Shown piece by piece: positions 19,221-34,256 of a DNA stretch of 64,000 nt (positions are counted from its first letter, which is position 1; each line of letters starts with the position of its first letter). The notes under the pieces were generated by a model. It worked only from the letters and a program-made list of their open reading frames with translations. It did not search any database and was not told the origin of the DNA. The DNA is from an uncultured Alphaproteobacteria bacterium (GTDB lineage: Bacteria > Pseudomonadota > Alphaproteobacteria > ATCC43930 > CGMCC-115725), in NCBI GenBank assembly GCA_963832575.1, contig CAWHUT010000002.1, positions 125,827-189,826 of the forward strand. The letters run 5' to 3'. The translations under genes and the position numbers were made by a program.

Positions 19221-19309
19221 CGAAGAACCCTTGCGGCCGGCGGCGTCATCGCACCGCCCGTTGATTGTGGCGAGGCTGGTGTTAAACTCCGGCCGCACGG
19301 GGCCGATGG

Positions 19310-19927
19310 ATGATCAGAACTTTTGCGATATTCGCCGCGATTAATCTGTGCCTGCCAACGGCCGCGTGGGCGCAGGCCAATCCATCCGCGGATCAGATCA
19401 TTCGCGCCCTCACGCCGCCGCCGCCCGCGGCAGCGGCGCCAGCGGCGACGGTCGCTGAACCTCCCAAGGCTCCTCCTGCACCGGCCCCTCAAACCACGCC
19501 GGCACCAGCTCCGCAGCCGCCTCCGGCGCCGGCCCCTCAGGCTCCTCCTGCGCCGGCCGTCGTAGCCGCGCCCAGCGCGCCGTCCATCAATCTGTCGATC
19601 GATTTTGCCGCATCCTCGTCACAGCTGACGCCACAGGCGATCGCATCGCTCGATCAGCTCGGAAAAGCGCTGAGCAGCGCGGCGCTGTCGGGGTTTGATT
19701 TCAAGATCGTCGGTCACACCGACACGGTCGGGAACCCGCAATCCAACAAGGCGTTGTCTCTACGACGGGCCGAGGCGGTCAAATCCTACCTGGCGAGTAA
19801 ATACGCGATTGCGCCGTCGCGCCTGCAGGCGAGCGGCGTCGGGGAGGAGGATCTTCTCGTGCCCACGCCGGCCAATACCCCCGAAGCGCGCAATCGCCGA
19901 GTGCAGATCATCAATATCGGCAAGTAA
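19310..19927 (+). CDS. OmpA-family protein with Pro/Ala-rich linker
   Basis: Signal peptide, (APAPQ)-like low-complexity region, then the OmpA_C motif IVGHTDTVGNPQSNKALSLRRAEAV...NRRV. Confidence 0.85.
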   Translation: MIRTFAIFAAINLCLPTAAWAQANPSADQIIRALTPPPPAAAAPAATVAEPPKAPPAPAPQTTPAPAPQPPPAPAPQAPPAPAVVAAPSAPSINLSIDFAASSSQLTPQAIASLDQLGKALSSAALSGFDFKIVGHTDTVGNPQSNKALSLRRAEAVKSYLASKYAIAPSRLQASGVGEEDLLVPTPANTPEARNRRVQIINIGK

Positions 19928-19943
19928 CCGGGAAATACCGCGA

Positions 19944-21371
19944 TCAGAACGCCGAGATCTTGGCGATCAGCCGCCGCCTGAACTCGGCCGCGTCTTCCGG
20001 TCGCTTGATATGGGCGATCAAACGATCCACCAACGTGCGGGCGTCGGGCGCGTCCTTGCTGGCCTGGGAAACCAGGAGCTTGGCGATCGGCCCGATCACG
20101 CGGGCGAGGCCCTCGACGGCCGCTTCCTGTAGCTGTGGGGTGACGGGAAGGGTCGACAAACTGCGATTGTCACCGGCCAGCGAACCCGTTCCGACCTGGG
20201 TGCGCTGTCCTTGCCCGCCATTGACCGAGCCTACGACCGTCCCGGCGGCGCGCGGCGCGCCAACGCCCGACAGCGAACCGGGATCGGCCGGGTGAGCCTT
20301 GAGGAATTCGGCGATCTCCTCCGGTCGGCTCAGCGCCGTGCTCAACATCGCATGAAGCTCGGATAGCGAGGTCGCCGTCTGGGCGGCCTGCTTTACCTTC
20401 ACGCGCGCGATCGGCCCCACGTGGCGGGCGAGGCTCGCTTCGAGCACGCGCAGCTCGTCTGGCGCGAAACGACTCTCTCCCGGCGCGACGGACCGCGCGC
20501 GGGGAACCACCACCGTATCATCGGCCGGCTGTGGCGGCGCGGCCACTTCGACCGCGCTCAACGCGTCGATGAAGCTGTCCGCGGTGGGGAAGCGATCCTC
20601 CGCCCGTTTGGCGAGGCCGCGCCGGATGACCGGCACATAGGCGGCATTCGGCCCGTTCTCCATGTCCGAGAAATCGAGCGGCGCCTGGTCCAGCAGCCGG
20701 GCGATCGTTTCGGCCATGGTGCGGCCGGCAAAAGGCGCCCGCCCGTTCAGGATCTGATAGAGGATGCAGGCGCTGGCGAAGAGATCGGCGCGGTGATCGA
20801 CCGCACTGCCGTTGACCTGTTCCGGCGCCATGTAGTTGGGGGTGCCGAGCATCTCCCCAAGCTGCGTCTGCGAGCCATGCTCGACACGCGCGATGCCGAA
20901 ATCCGTTACCTTGGCTTGTCCCTCGGGCGTGACGATCACGTTGGCCGGCTTGATGTCGCGATGGGTGATATGCTGGGCGTGGGCATAGGCCAGGGCCGCC
21001 AGCATCTGGCGCATCACCGCAAGGCAATCCGTCTGCGCCCGGAGCGTGGGATCGCGCAGGATTTGCGAGAACGGATGCCCCGGGACAAGCTCCATGACGA
21101 TGAAGGGACGGGAAGCGTCGTCGGCGAAATCGAAGATCGCGACAATGTTGGGATGGGCGCAGCGCCCCGCCGCCTGCGCCTCGATCCGGAAGCGCTTCAG
21201 ATATTCCTCGCGAATTTCCGCCTGCAGCACCTCGTCGCGGATCACCTTGATCGCGACGAAGCGTTCGATCAGCGGATCGTGCGCGCGGTAGACCGTGCCG
21301 ACCGCGCCTGATCCGATGATGCCGACGGGTCGGTACCGACCGATCTGATCTGGCAGGCCGCCCTCGCTCAT
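19944..21371 (-). CDS. Hanks-type Ser/Thr protein kinase, soluble, with two C-terminal ~56-aa helical repeats
   Basis: GSGAVGTVY, VAIK, HRDIKPANV, DFG and APE motifs are all intact. No transmembrane segment. The C-terminal repeats share LARxVGPIA(R/K)...RPE(E/D)xAEF. Confidence 0.9.
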   Translation of the reverse strand: MSEGGLPDQIGRYRPVGIIGSGAVGTVYRAHDPLIERFVAIKVIRDEVLQAEIREEYLKRFRIEAQAAGRCAHPNIVAIFDFADDASRPFIVMELVPGHPFSQILRDPTLRAQTDCLAVMRQMLAALAYAHAQHITHRDIKPANVIVTPEGQAKVTDFGIARVEHGSQTQLGEMLGTPNYMAPEQVNGSAVDHRADLFASACILYQILNGRAPFAGRTMAETIARLLDQAPLDFSDMENGPNAAYVPVIRRGLAKRAEDRFPTADSFIDALSAVEVAAPPQPADDTVVVPRARSVAPGESRFAPDELRVLEASLARHVGPIARVKVKQAAQTATSLSELHAMLSTALSRPEEIAEFLKAHPADPGSLSGVGAPRAAGTVVGSVNGGQGQRTQVGTGSLAGDNRSLSTLPVTPQLQEAAVEGLARVIGPIAKLLVSQASKDAPDARTLVDRLIAHIKRPEDAAEFRRRLIAKISAF

Positions 21372-21413
21372 GTCCGGACCGTCATCGCAAGAGCGCCAAG
21401 AAATTCGCGGCTT

Positions 21414-22283
21414 CTATTGCAACATCTGCAGGGCGCTATCGAGGCTTCGCCGCATGCGCGAGAACGACGCCGTGAGTGAGGCGATCTCGTCCGACCCTTT
21501 TGGCTCGAATTCCGCGACATCGGTCTGACCCTGACTGACCGCTTCGGCAAGGCTCGCGACCCTCACCACCGGCTTGATGATGACATAGTGAAGCAATACG
21601 TTGATGAGCACCAGCACCGCCACGAACATGACAAGCAAGGCAATCATGACGTCCAGAAAAGCGCCGTGCGCCTTTGCCAGGGCAACAGTCATCGGCACGG
21701 AAACGATCTGGGCGCCGACGGTTTCGTGAAGCTTCCAGCCAAAGCCGTTGGCCGAGCCGTACTTGGCGATCATCGAGGCCGGCGCCACCGAGGGGGTGGA
21801 ATGGCAGGCCAGGCACGTCACGTCCGTCACCGAGATCGGCTCGGCGAGATTGAGGGCTTCACCCGTGGGCGTGATGCGCGTCCCGATCAGTTCGGTCGAG
21901 CCGGGCTGGTTGCGAAAATGCTGAATGAAATCCGCCTGCCAGTCCGTCGGCCGGTTCGCCGGATTGGTGGGATTGAGCGCCGTCTCGACCAGCGCATAGT
22001 TCGGGAACGCCTTGTGCATCAGGTCGAAGGTCTGTTTCGCGGCAAAGAAGGGAATGCCCGCCGATTGGAACACGCTTTGATCGGTTCCGGTGAGCAACGG
22101 CACGATCTCGCTGTCGGTATAGCTCTTCACGGCATTGGCCGCGCTCATCATCACGCGCGCGTTCTCCAGAACGTCCTGGCGCGCATTGGCGATGAAGAGA
22201 TTGTTGAGAAGCACGCCGATGCCGATGTAGCCGATGCCGAAAGCGATCAGGATCGTGATGTTGAATTTTGCCCGCAGTCGCAT
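21414..22283 (-). CDS. Membrane sensor: periplasmic DUF3365 (Tll0287-like c-type haem) domain plus HAMP, with no output domain
   Basis: TM1 (ITILIAFGIGYIGIGVLL). NPTNPANRPTDW...CLACH (CxxCH)...VGAQIVSVP matches DUF3365. TM2 is followed by HAMP (VVRVASLAEAVSQGQ...EIASLTASFSRM), and the protein ends there. Confidence 0.75.
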   Translation of the reverse strand: MRLRAKFNITILIAFGIGYIGIGVLLNNLFIANARQDVLENARVMMSAANAVKSYTDSEIVPLLTGTDQSVFQSAGIPFFAAKQTFDLMHKAFPNYALVETALNPTNPANRPTDWQADFIQHFRNQPGSTELIGTRITPTGEALNLAEPISVTDVTCLACHSTPSVAPASMIAKYGSANGFGWKLHETVGAQIVSVPMTVALAKAHGAFLDVMIALLVMFVAVLVLINVLLHYVIIKPVVRVASLAEAVSQGQTDVAEFEPKGSDEIASLTASFSRMRRSLDSALQMLQ

Positions 22284-22348
22284 CTTTTCTTTCCCCAGTG
22301 GTGAGCGTCGCTAGCGCGGACCCTCGCGGTTTCTTGTGACGGGAACGT

Positions 22349-22915
22349 TCATTTGGCGGCGGACTCCCCGGCCAATGTCTGCTTCAACCAGGGGGTCTGC
22401 TGGGCGCCCGGAAGCGAAAAAAGGCTCATCGGGGCAAACGTCTTCCAGTCGATCGCTTGTTCGGTCTTGCGGTCGAGCGAGACGGTGAAGGCAGAATTAT
22501 CCACATTCTTGCCGCCGGCGCCGCGGACGGCGATCACGCCGGCATAGGTCGCGGACTGGACTTCAGCCTTGGCAAAGTCGGCCTGGATGTCGTTGGTCAG
22601 AGCCGCCGCCATATAGGCGAGGGTGTAGTAGGCCGGGCGCTGGAGCACATCGACGCGCTGGTCGTCGGAAAGCGCCTTCAGATCCGACGAAATCAGGAAG
22701 TATCGGCTGACATCGGCCTCGGCGCAGGACATCGTCCGATCGATTTTTGCGTCCTTCGCGGCGACGGTGTCGGCGCAGACGGGGGCGGCTCGGGCCGGCG
22801 TTGCCGCGGCCAGGCCCATCGCACACGCACCGGCGAGCGCCGGCAAGAGAAGCACGGCGGACCACCGCCGCGAAAGGCGCCAAATCGCGCCCGGATCGCT
22901 CAAGCCGCTTGTCAC
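22349..22915 (-). CDS. Exported hypothetical protein
   Basis: 188 aa with signal-like RRWSAVLLLPALAGACAMGLAAATPARA. No motif recognised. Same strand as, and immediately upstream of, the DUF3365-HAMP gene. Confidence 0.5.
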   Translation of the reverse strand: MTSGLSDPGAIWRLSRRWSAVLLLPALAGACAMGLAAATPARAAPVCADTVAAKDAKIDRTMSCAEADVSRYFLISSDLKALSDDQRVDVLQRPAYYTLAYMAAALTNDIQADFAKAEVQSATYAGVIAVRGAGGKNVDNSAFTVSLDRKTEQAIDWKTFAPMSLFSLPGAQQTPWLKQTLAGESAAK

Positions 22916-23130
22916 GCGTTCCCCTGATGCCGGCGGGCCTTAAGGTCGAAATTCTAGCCCGGATAACCGACCGTTCGATTAATTTTGACTGCTCTACAGC
23001 AGCTTCGTTGCCCGGAACAGATTAAGTACAGCCCAGACCGCTCGTCCACCGATTTCTGGGAGCGCCGTCCGACTGGGGACCGGTGGGCTGACGTGTCGCC
23101 GTCGCCAGAGAGCCGCTTTCACCGAGCGGA

Positions 23131-24162
23131 TTACAGGCCCTTGAGGATTGCTTGCCGCTTCTCTTGGTATTCGTCCGGAGTGATGAGCCCGCGGTCCCGC
23201 AACGCCTGCAACTGGGCAAGTCTCTCCGCGGCTCCCGCCGGCAGCGTCTGGTCGGCAGCCGCATCGTCGGTCTGATCGGTCGGCGCCGCGGCGGACGCGC
23301 CGGCTCCGGCCTTGTCTTGCAGCTCCATCGAACGTTCCCTGACCCGATTCCCGAAATCTTCGCTGAGCGGGGCGATGGCGACCGGGAGCGCCGGATGGGC
23401 CTGCATCGGTGCCTCGGTCTTGTCGGCGCTGCTGCCGACGACGTTGACCGCGCGGAGCGAATTGAGGAATTGGGCGGCGCGCAACGCACCCGCCGGCGTC
23501 GCCATCGTCTCCAGCCGCATCGAGCATTGGGCGCGCCAATATGTACGCAGGGTCACGACCGCTTCTGACGGCGGGAGGGCCTCGGCGTCGAGTTCGCTGT
23601 AGCTGCCGAGCGGGGTGCCCTCGACAAAGGCCGAGCGGCGAATGCGCATGTGCGACGTATCCAAGAAGCGCGCCGTCTGCGCCATGACCGCGTCGGCGGT
23701 GGATTTGGTGGTCCGGGACAGGTCGCCGGACTTGGCGCAAAAGCACTCGGCCGCCTCGTAATAATCGTTATCGCGCACCTGGCGCGCCTCCTCGAACGAG
23801 GCGAGGTCGGAGGCGCTCGTGCGCGCCGGCTCGGACCGGCCGCTGAAGGTGACGGAAAGGTCGGAGCATTTCTGCGAAGACCACTCCTCGCGCACGGGGA
23901 GCTCGAGCGGCGGCAGGGCGAATGACTGCGGCGCAGTGTCGGCCACTTGCGCAGCGGCCGGAGCCGGTTGCGCCGGCGCGACGGCCGTCTGAGCCGGCAC
24001 CACCGCCGTTTGAGCGGTCTCGGCCGGCGCCACCGACTTGACGGCGTTGCCATATCCGTAATAGCCGGAATAGCCGGATCCGTAATAGCTGGCCGGATCG
24101 ACACAGCCAACAAGCATTGCAGAGCACAGTCCCGCGACCAGCAGCGCAGTATGCCCTTGCAT
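23131..24162 (-). CDS. Lipoprotein with Tyr/Gly-rich N-terminus and C-terminal SHOCT domain
   Basis: Lipobox LVGC after MQGHTALLVAGLCSAM. SYYGSGYSGYYGYG tract. C-terminal LAQLQALRDRGLITPDEYQEKRQAIL is a typical SHOCT motif. Confidence 0.6.
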   Translation of the reverse strand: MQGHTALLVAGLCSAMLVGCVDPASYYGSGYSGYYGYGNAVKSVAPAETAQTAVVPAQTAVAPAQPAPAAAQVADTAPQSFALPPLELPVREEWSSQKCSDLSVTFSGRSEPARTSASDLASFEEARQVRDNDYYEAAECFCAKSGDLSRTTKSTADAVMAQTARFLDTSHMRIRRSAFVEGTPLGSYSELDAEALPPSEAVVTLRTYWRAQCSMRLETMATPAGALRAAQFLNSLRAVNVVGSSADKTEAPMQAHPALPVAIAPLSEDFGNRVRERSMELQDKAGAGASAAAPTDQTDDAAADQTLPAGAAERLAQLQALRDRGLITPDEYQEKRQAILKGL

Positions 24163-24339
24163 AACCCACCTCCCCCGGACGCGGACCCATCGCAAGCACC
24201 GGGCGATTTGCGCGCAAAGTTCCGCGATTCCCCACCAAAACTATACGCATGGCCCCGCAAATATGCAACGCGCGAGTCATTTATAAGTGATGTTCAGGGG
24301 CCTTGTGACGCGTGCCGATGCAAGAGCCGGCGGCCAATT

Positions 24340-24894
24340 CTATTGCGGCTGTGGCGCTGCCGGAGCAGCCGGTTTCACGTTCCAAGGAGTTGGCACAATA
24401 CTCGGAACAGCCGGCGCCGCTTTCCAAGGAGTTGGGGCAGCACTCTGAGAACTCGGTTCAGGGTCAGCCGGGGCCGGTGCCACGCTTGGCGCCGCCGGTG
24501 CGATCCAAGGAGCCGGTGGCGGGCCCGAAGGCACTCCTAGCGAACTCGAACCCGCGGGCGCTCGATTCGGCAAAAGCGGCGCAACGTTGGTCGCCGGCGT
24601 CAGCGCAGCGGTCGGTGGCAGGGCAGCAGGAGCGCTGGGATAGGAATAGCTGGGATAGGGATAGGAATATGAATAGGCGTAGGGATACGAATAGGGATAG
24701 GAATACGCGTAAGCGTATGACGGGACGACGGCGAAACCGGGCGAGACGCGACCGCCCCGCCAACCACCACCACCGTACCACCCTGCCCCGCCACGCGCGT
24801 AGGACGGCGATGCGAATCCGACGGCGAGGATCACCGCAAGGGCGATCCTGGTCCGCGGAATCACCCCTCGGCGTCGAAACAATGGCATCGTCAC
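24340..24894 (-). CDS. Exported low-complexity Tyr/Pro/Ser-rich protein (hypothetical)
   Basis: Signal peptide RTRIALAVILAVGFASPSYA, then GWYGGGGWRGG, YAYAYSYPYSYPYAYSYSYPYPSYSYP and three TPW/APW repeats. Codon usage is atypical (TAT preferred), and the opposite strand is also open, so coding status is uncertain. Confidence 0.45.
   Translation of the reverse strand: MTMPLFRRRGVIPRTRIALAVILAVGFASPSYARGGAGWYGGGGWRGGRVSPGFAVVPSYAYAYSYPYSYPYAYSYSYPYPSYSYPSAPAALPPTAALTPATNVAPLLPNRAPAGSSSLGVPSGPPPAPWIAPAAPSVAPAPADPEPSSQSAAPTPWKAAPAVPSIVPTPWNVKPAAPAAPQPQ
24637..24720. repeat. Imperfect short tandem repeat (GGATAG/GAATAG-type hexamers) that encodes the (Y-P/S)n tract
   Basis: gggataggaatagctgggatagggataggaatatgaataggcgtagggatacgaatagggataggaatacgcg is visibly periodic. 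Confidence 0.6.
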
Positions 24895-24971
24895 TGGGCG
24901 ATCTGCGCTCGTTCGAGCGACAAAATACGCGTGAGATATACAGCGGTCAATGTAGGGGGCGCTCGGTGAAT

Positions 24972-25246
24972 TACGCCTCCGTATCGTCGGCCTACCAGCA
25001 CGCCTCCCTCATCTACGATACGCGGCACGAGATCGAGCGGCGCACTGCCCGGACGCGGATCCATCGGGCGTCTCGAACGTCCAACTCGATGAAATCAGCG
25101 ACGACAATACGAGCGTCACAGCGTCGTCCATGATGCTTCTGATCGAGCTCATCCGGCACCGTCAAAGGATTTATTCGGCGCAATGCGAATTTTCGCTGCG
25201 TCGCGAAGGAAGCAGATGGAAAATCAGCCGCAAGAAAGTGAATTTG
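24972..25246 (+). pseudogene. Possible relic of an NTF2-fold / ring-hydroxylating-dioxygenase beta-subunit-like gene (frameshifted, truncated)
   Basis: Two adjacent + frames read ...IYDTRHEIERRTARTRIH / GVSNVQLDEISDDNTSVTASSMMLLIELIRHRQRIYSAQCEFSLRREGSRWKISRKKVNL. The second resembles the C-terminal ...RTRH-VSNV...LRR-dG-WkI-RkvxL pattern of that family as I remember it. No start or N-terminal half. Confidence 0.3.
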
Positions 25247-25561
25247 CCTGCGCATAGAGGATTTGCTAGCGGGACTCTCGGCCTATTTCGATGCATTTAT
25301 ATTGTCCCGCCTGGTGCACGCATCGGACAGGAAACTCGAACCGCATGTCGATCCCGGCGCGTCACACGGATCGTAAGTAACGGCGAAGAATTCGTACTTC
25401 TCCCCCTCGCCTCAAACGCCATACACTCCGCTTCCATCGGACGAATGTCGCCCTTATTAATCCCTAAGTAGGAGCAATCCGAGACGGGCGTGCCATAAAA
25501 TTAACACAATCTCTGTCAATCAATTTTACTGGATGTCTCCACCAAAATTCTGGGGTAGATC

Positions 25562-31919
<6,358 letters not shown>

Positions 31920-31934
31920 CGGAGAGCGGGGGCC

Positions 31935-33617
31935 ATGGACGATAACGGCGAAGTCTATATCCTGCTGGTCGATGACCAGCCGGCGAAGCTGCTGAGCTAC
32001 GAGGTCATTCTTCGCGATCTCGGCGAGAACCTTCTCATGGCGGGATCGGCGCGCGAGGCGCTCGAGCATCTTCTCAAGAAGAACATCGCGGTCGTGCTAA
32101 TCGATGTCTGCATGCCCGAACTCGACGGGTTCGAGCTCGCGGCGATGATCCGCAACCATCCGCGCTTCCAGACGACGGCGATCATCTTCGTCTCCGCGGT
32201 TTCGATCAGCGATATCGACCGTCTGAAAGGCTACGAATACGGCGCGGTCGATTACGTACCGGTGCCGGTCATTCCGGAGATCCTGCGCGCCAAGGTCCGG
32301 GCCTTCGCCGAGCTCTACCGCAAGACGCGCCAGCTCGAAATCCTCAATAGCGAACTGGAGCGCCGGGTCGCCGAGCGGACCATGGAGCTGGCGCAGGCCA
32401 ATGCCGATCTCGAGCAGCGGGTCGAGGAGCGCACGCGCGAGCGCGAAGTGGCGCTGGCTCAGGTGCACGAGATGCAGAAGCTCGAAAGCCTCGGGCAGCT
32501 TACCGGCGGCCTCGCGCACGATTTCAACAATCTGCTGGCCGCCATCCTCGGCAATCTCGATATGCTGGCGCGCCGACTGCCTGCCGACGCGACGATCCAG
32601 CGCTTCATCAACAACGCGCTGCGCGCGGCCCAGGGCGGCGCGACGCTGACCAAGCGCCTGCTTGCCTTCGCGCGGCGCCAGGAACTGAAGCCCGAACCGG
32701 TCGATGTCGTCCGTCTCACCGACGGCATGGCAGAGATGTTGCGCCGTTCGCTCGGGCCGATGATCGAGATCGCCACCGCGTTTCCGGCGGACCTCGCGCA
32801 CGTCCATGTCGATCCCAATCAGTTCGAGCTGGCCATCCTCAACCTCGCCTTGAATGCGCGCGATGCCATGCCGCTGGGCGGGCGCCTGACGATCGGCGCG
32901 CGCCGCGAGACCGTTGAAGCCGGGCGCGTCCCGAGCCTCGCTGCGGGCGCATATCTCTGCGTGACCGTGATCGATACGGGTGTCGGAATGGATGACGCGA
33001 CGGTGAAGCGGGCGGCCGAACCGTTTTTCACGACGAAGGGCCACGGCAAGGGAACCGGATTGGGCCTGTCGATGGTCTATGGCCTCGCTTCGCAATCGGG
33101 CGGCCTCGCGCGGATTTCAAGCCGGCTGGGCGCGGGGACGACGGTGGAGCTTTGGCTCCCCGTGGCGGATCAGGTCGAGACCCAACAGCCTTCGCCCGCG
33201 GCGCCGAAGGCGGTCGGGGTCACACGCGCCTGTCGCATTCTGCTGGTCGACGACGATCCGATGGTCACGGAAGGCACGGTGGCGATGCTGGAGGATCTTG
33301 GCCACAATGTCGTGGTGGCGTCTTCCGGCGCGTCCGCGCTCGACGTGATCCGCGCGGAATCGCCCTTCGATCTCATCATTACCGACCATGCCATGCCGGG
33401 CATGACCGGCAAGGAACTGGTGCAACACATCCGCCAGACCAGGCCCAGCGTGCCCATCATTCTCGCCACCGGCTATGCCGAGCTGGCGAACGGCGACTAT
33501 CTCGGCATTCCCAGACTCGACAAGCCGTATCGCATGGACAAGCTGGCCTCGGTGATCGCAGCCTCGGTCTGCGACACCGAAATTGTCGCTCCCGTCAGTC
33601 CGGCGCCACAGGCATAA
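31935..33617 (+). CDS. Hybrid histidine kinase, REC-coiled coil-HisKA-HATPase_c-REC
   Basis: ILLVDDQP...VLIDVCMPELDG (REC), H-box GGLAHDFNNLL, DTGVGMD and GTGLGLSMV (ATPase), ILLVDDDP...ITDHAMPGMTG (REC). 15 nt after the giant kinase. Confidence 0.9.
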   Translation: MDDNGEVYILLVDDQPAKLLSYEVILRDLGENLLMAGSAREALEHLLKKNIAVVLIDVCMPELDGFELAAMIRNHPRFQTTAIIFVSAVSISDIDRLKGYEYGAVDYVPVPVIPEILRAKVRAFAELYRKTRQLEILNSELERRVAERTMELAQANADLEQRVEERTREREVALAQVHEMQKLESLGQLTGGLAHDFNNLLAAILGNLDMLARRLPADATIQRFINNALRAAQGGATLTKRLLAFARRQELKPEPVDVVRLTDGMAEMLRRSLGPMIEIATAFPADLAHVHVDPNQFELAILNLALNARDAMPLGGRLTIGARRETVEAGRVPSLAAGAYLCVTVIDTGVGMDDATVKRAAEPFFTTKGHGKGTGLGLSMVYGLASQSGGLARISSRLGAGTTVELWLPVADQVETQQPSPAAPKAVGVTRACRILLVDDDPMVTEGTVAMLEDLGHNVVVASSGASALDVIRAESPFDLIITDHAMPGMTGKELVQHIRQTRPSVPIILATGYAELANGDYLGIPRLDKPYRMDKLASVIAASVCDTEIVAPVSPAPQA

Positions 33618-33816
33618 GCGTCGGCATACGCCCTGACCCGGACCGACAATGCACAGGACGGGCTGTGATAATTATGTGATAACCCGATATTTGGGCGGGA
33701 ATAGACTTTTTGAAAATGTACCTCCGCATGTATTGTTGCTTGTTGCGCCGACAACCGGGGTCGCGGGGTTGTTCAGCGTTCCCCCTTTTTTTCGGATCGC
33801 AAAGGGAATTGGTCAG

Positions 33817-34194
33817 ATGACTGAACCGCGACAAGATTTGCGCATACTCGTCGTTGAAGATGACGAACTCATCGCGGAATTGATCGAGGACATGCTGACG
33901 GAAGCCGCCTACACGGTGGTCGGTCCGTTCCGGCGTTTCGCGGAAGCCTTGCAAGCGGCAGAAACGGAGACCTTCGACGCGGCACTTCTCGACATCGACC
34001 TTGCGGGGCGCCCGAGCCACCCTGTCGCCGAGGCGCTTACGCGCCGAAACCTGCCCTTCGTGTTCCTTACGGGGTACGGCAAAGGTGCGTTTGCTCCGGG
34101 CTACGCCGAGCGACCGATCGTTGCCAAACCATTCGTGCCCAAAGACCTGCTCGACGCCCTGACACAAGTTGTGACACCACCCCGGGCCAAGTGA
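33817..34194 (+). CDS. Stand-alone receiver-domain response regulator
   Basis: MTEPRQDLRILVVEDDELIA...LLDIDLAGRPS...KPF. The start is placed at ATG 33817. The upstream part of ORF 33649 is not protein-like. Confidence 0.8.
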   Translation: MTEPRQDLRILVVEDDELIAELIEDMLTEAAYTVVGPFRRFAEALQAAETETFDAALLDIDLAGRPSHPVAEALTRRNLPFVFLTGYGKGAFAPGYAERPIVAKPFVPKDLLDALTQVVTPPRAK

Positions 34195-34256
34195 CGAACG
34201 TCATTCTCAGGCGCCGACGGGGTTGTTCGAGCAAATATTGCGGGAGGGGGGAAGCG

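Noticed and set aside
25325-25365. tRNA-like fragment: the reverse complement contains GGTTCGAGT, reminiscent of a T-loop, raising the idea of a tRNA or att remnant at the island border.
   Set aside because: The flanking bases do not form a T-stem, and no acceptor or anticodon arms can be drawn.
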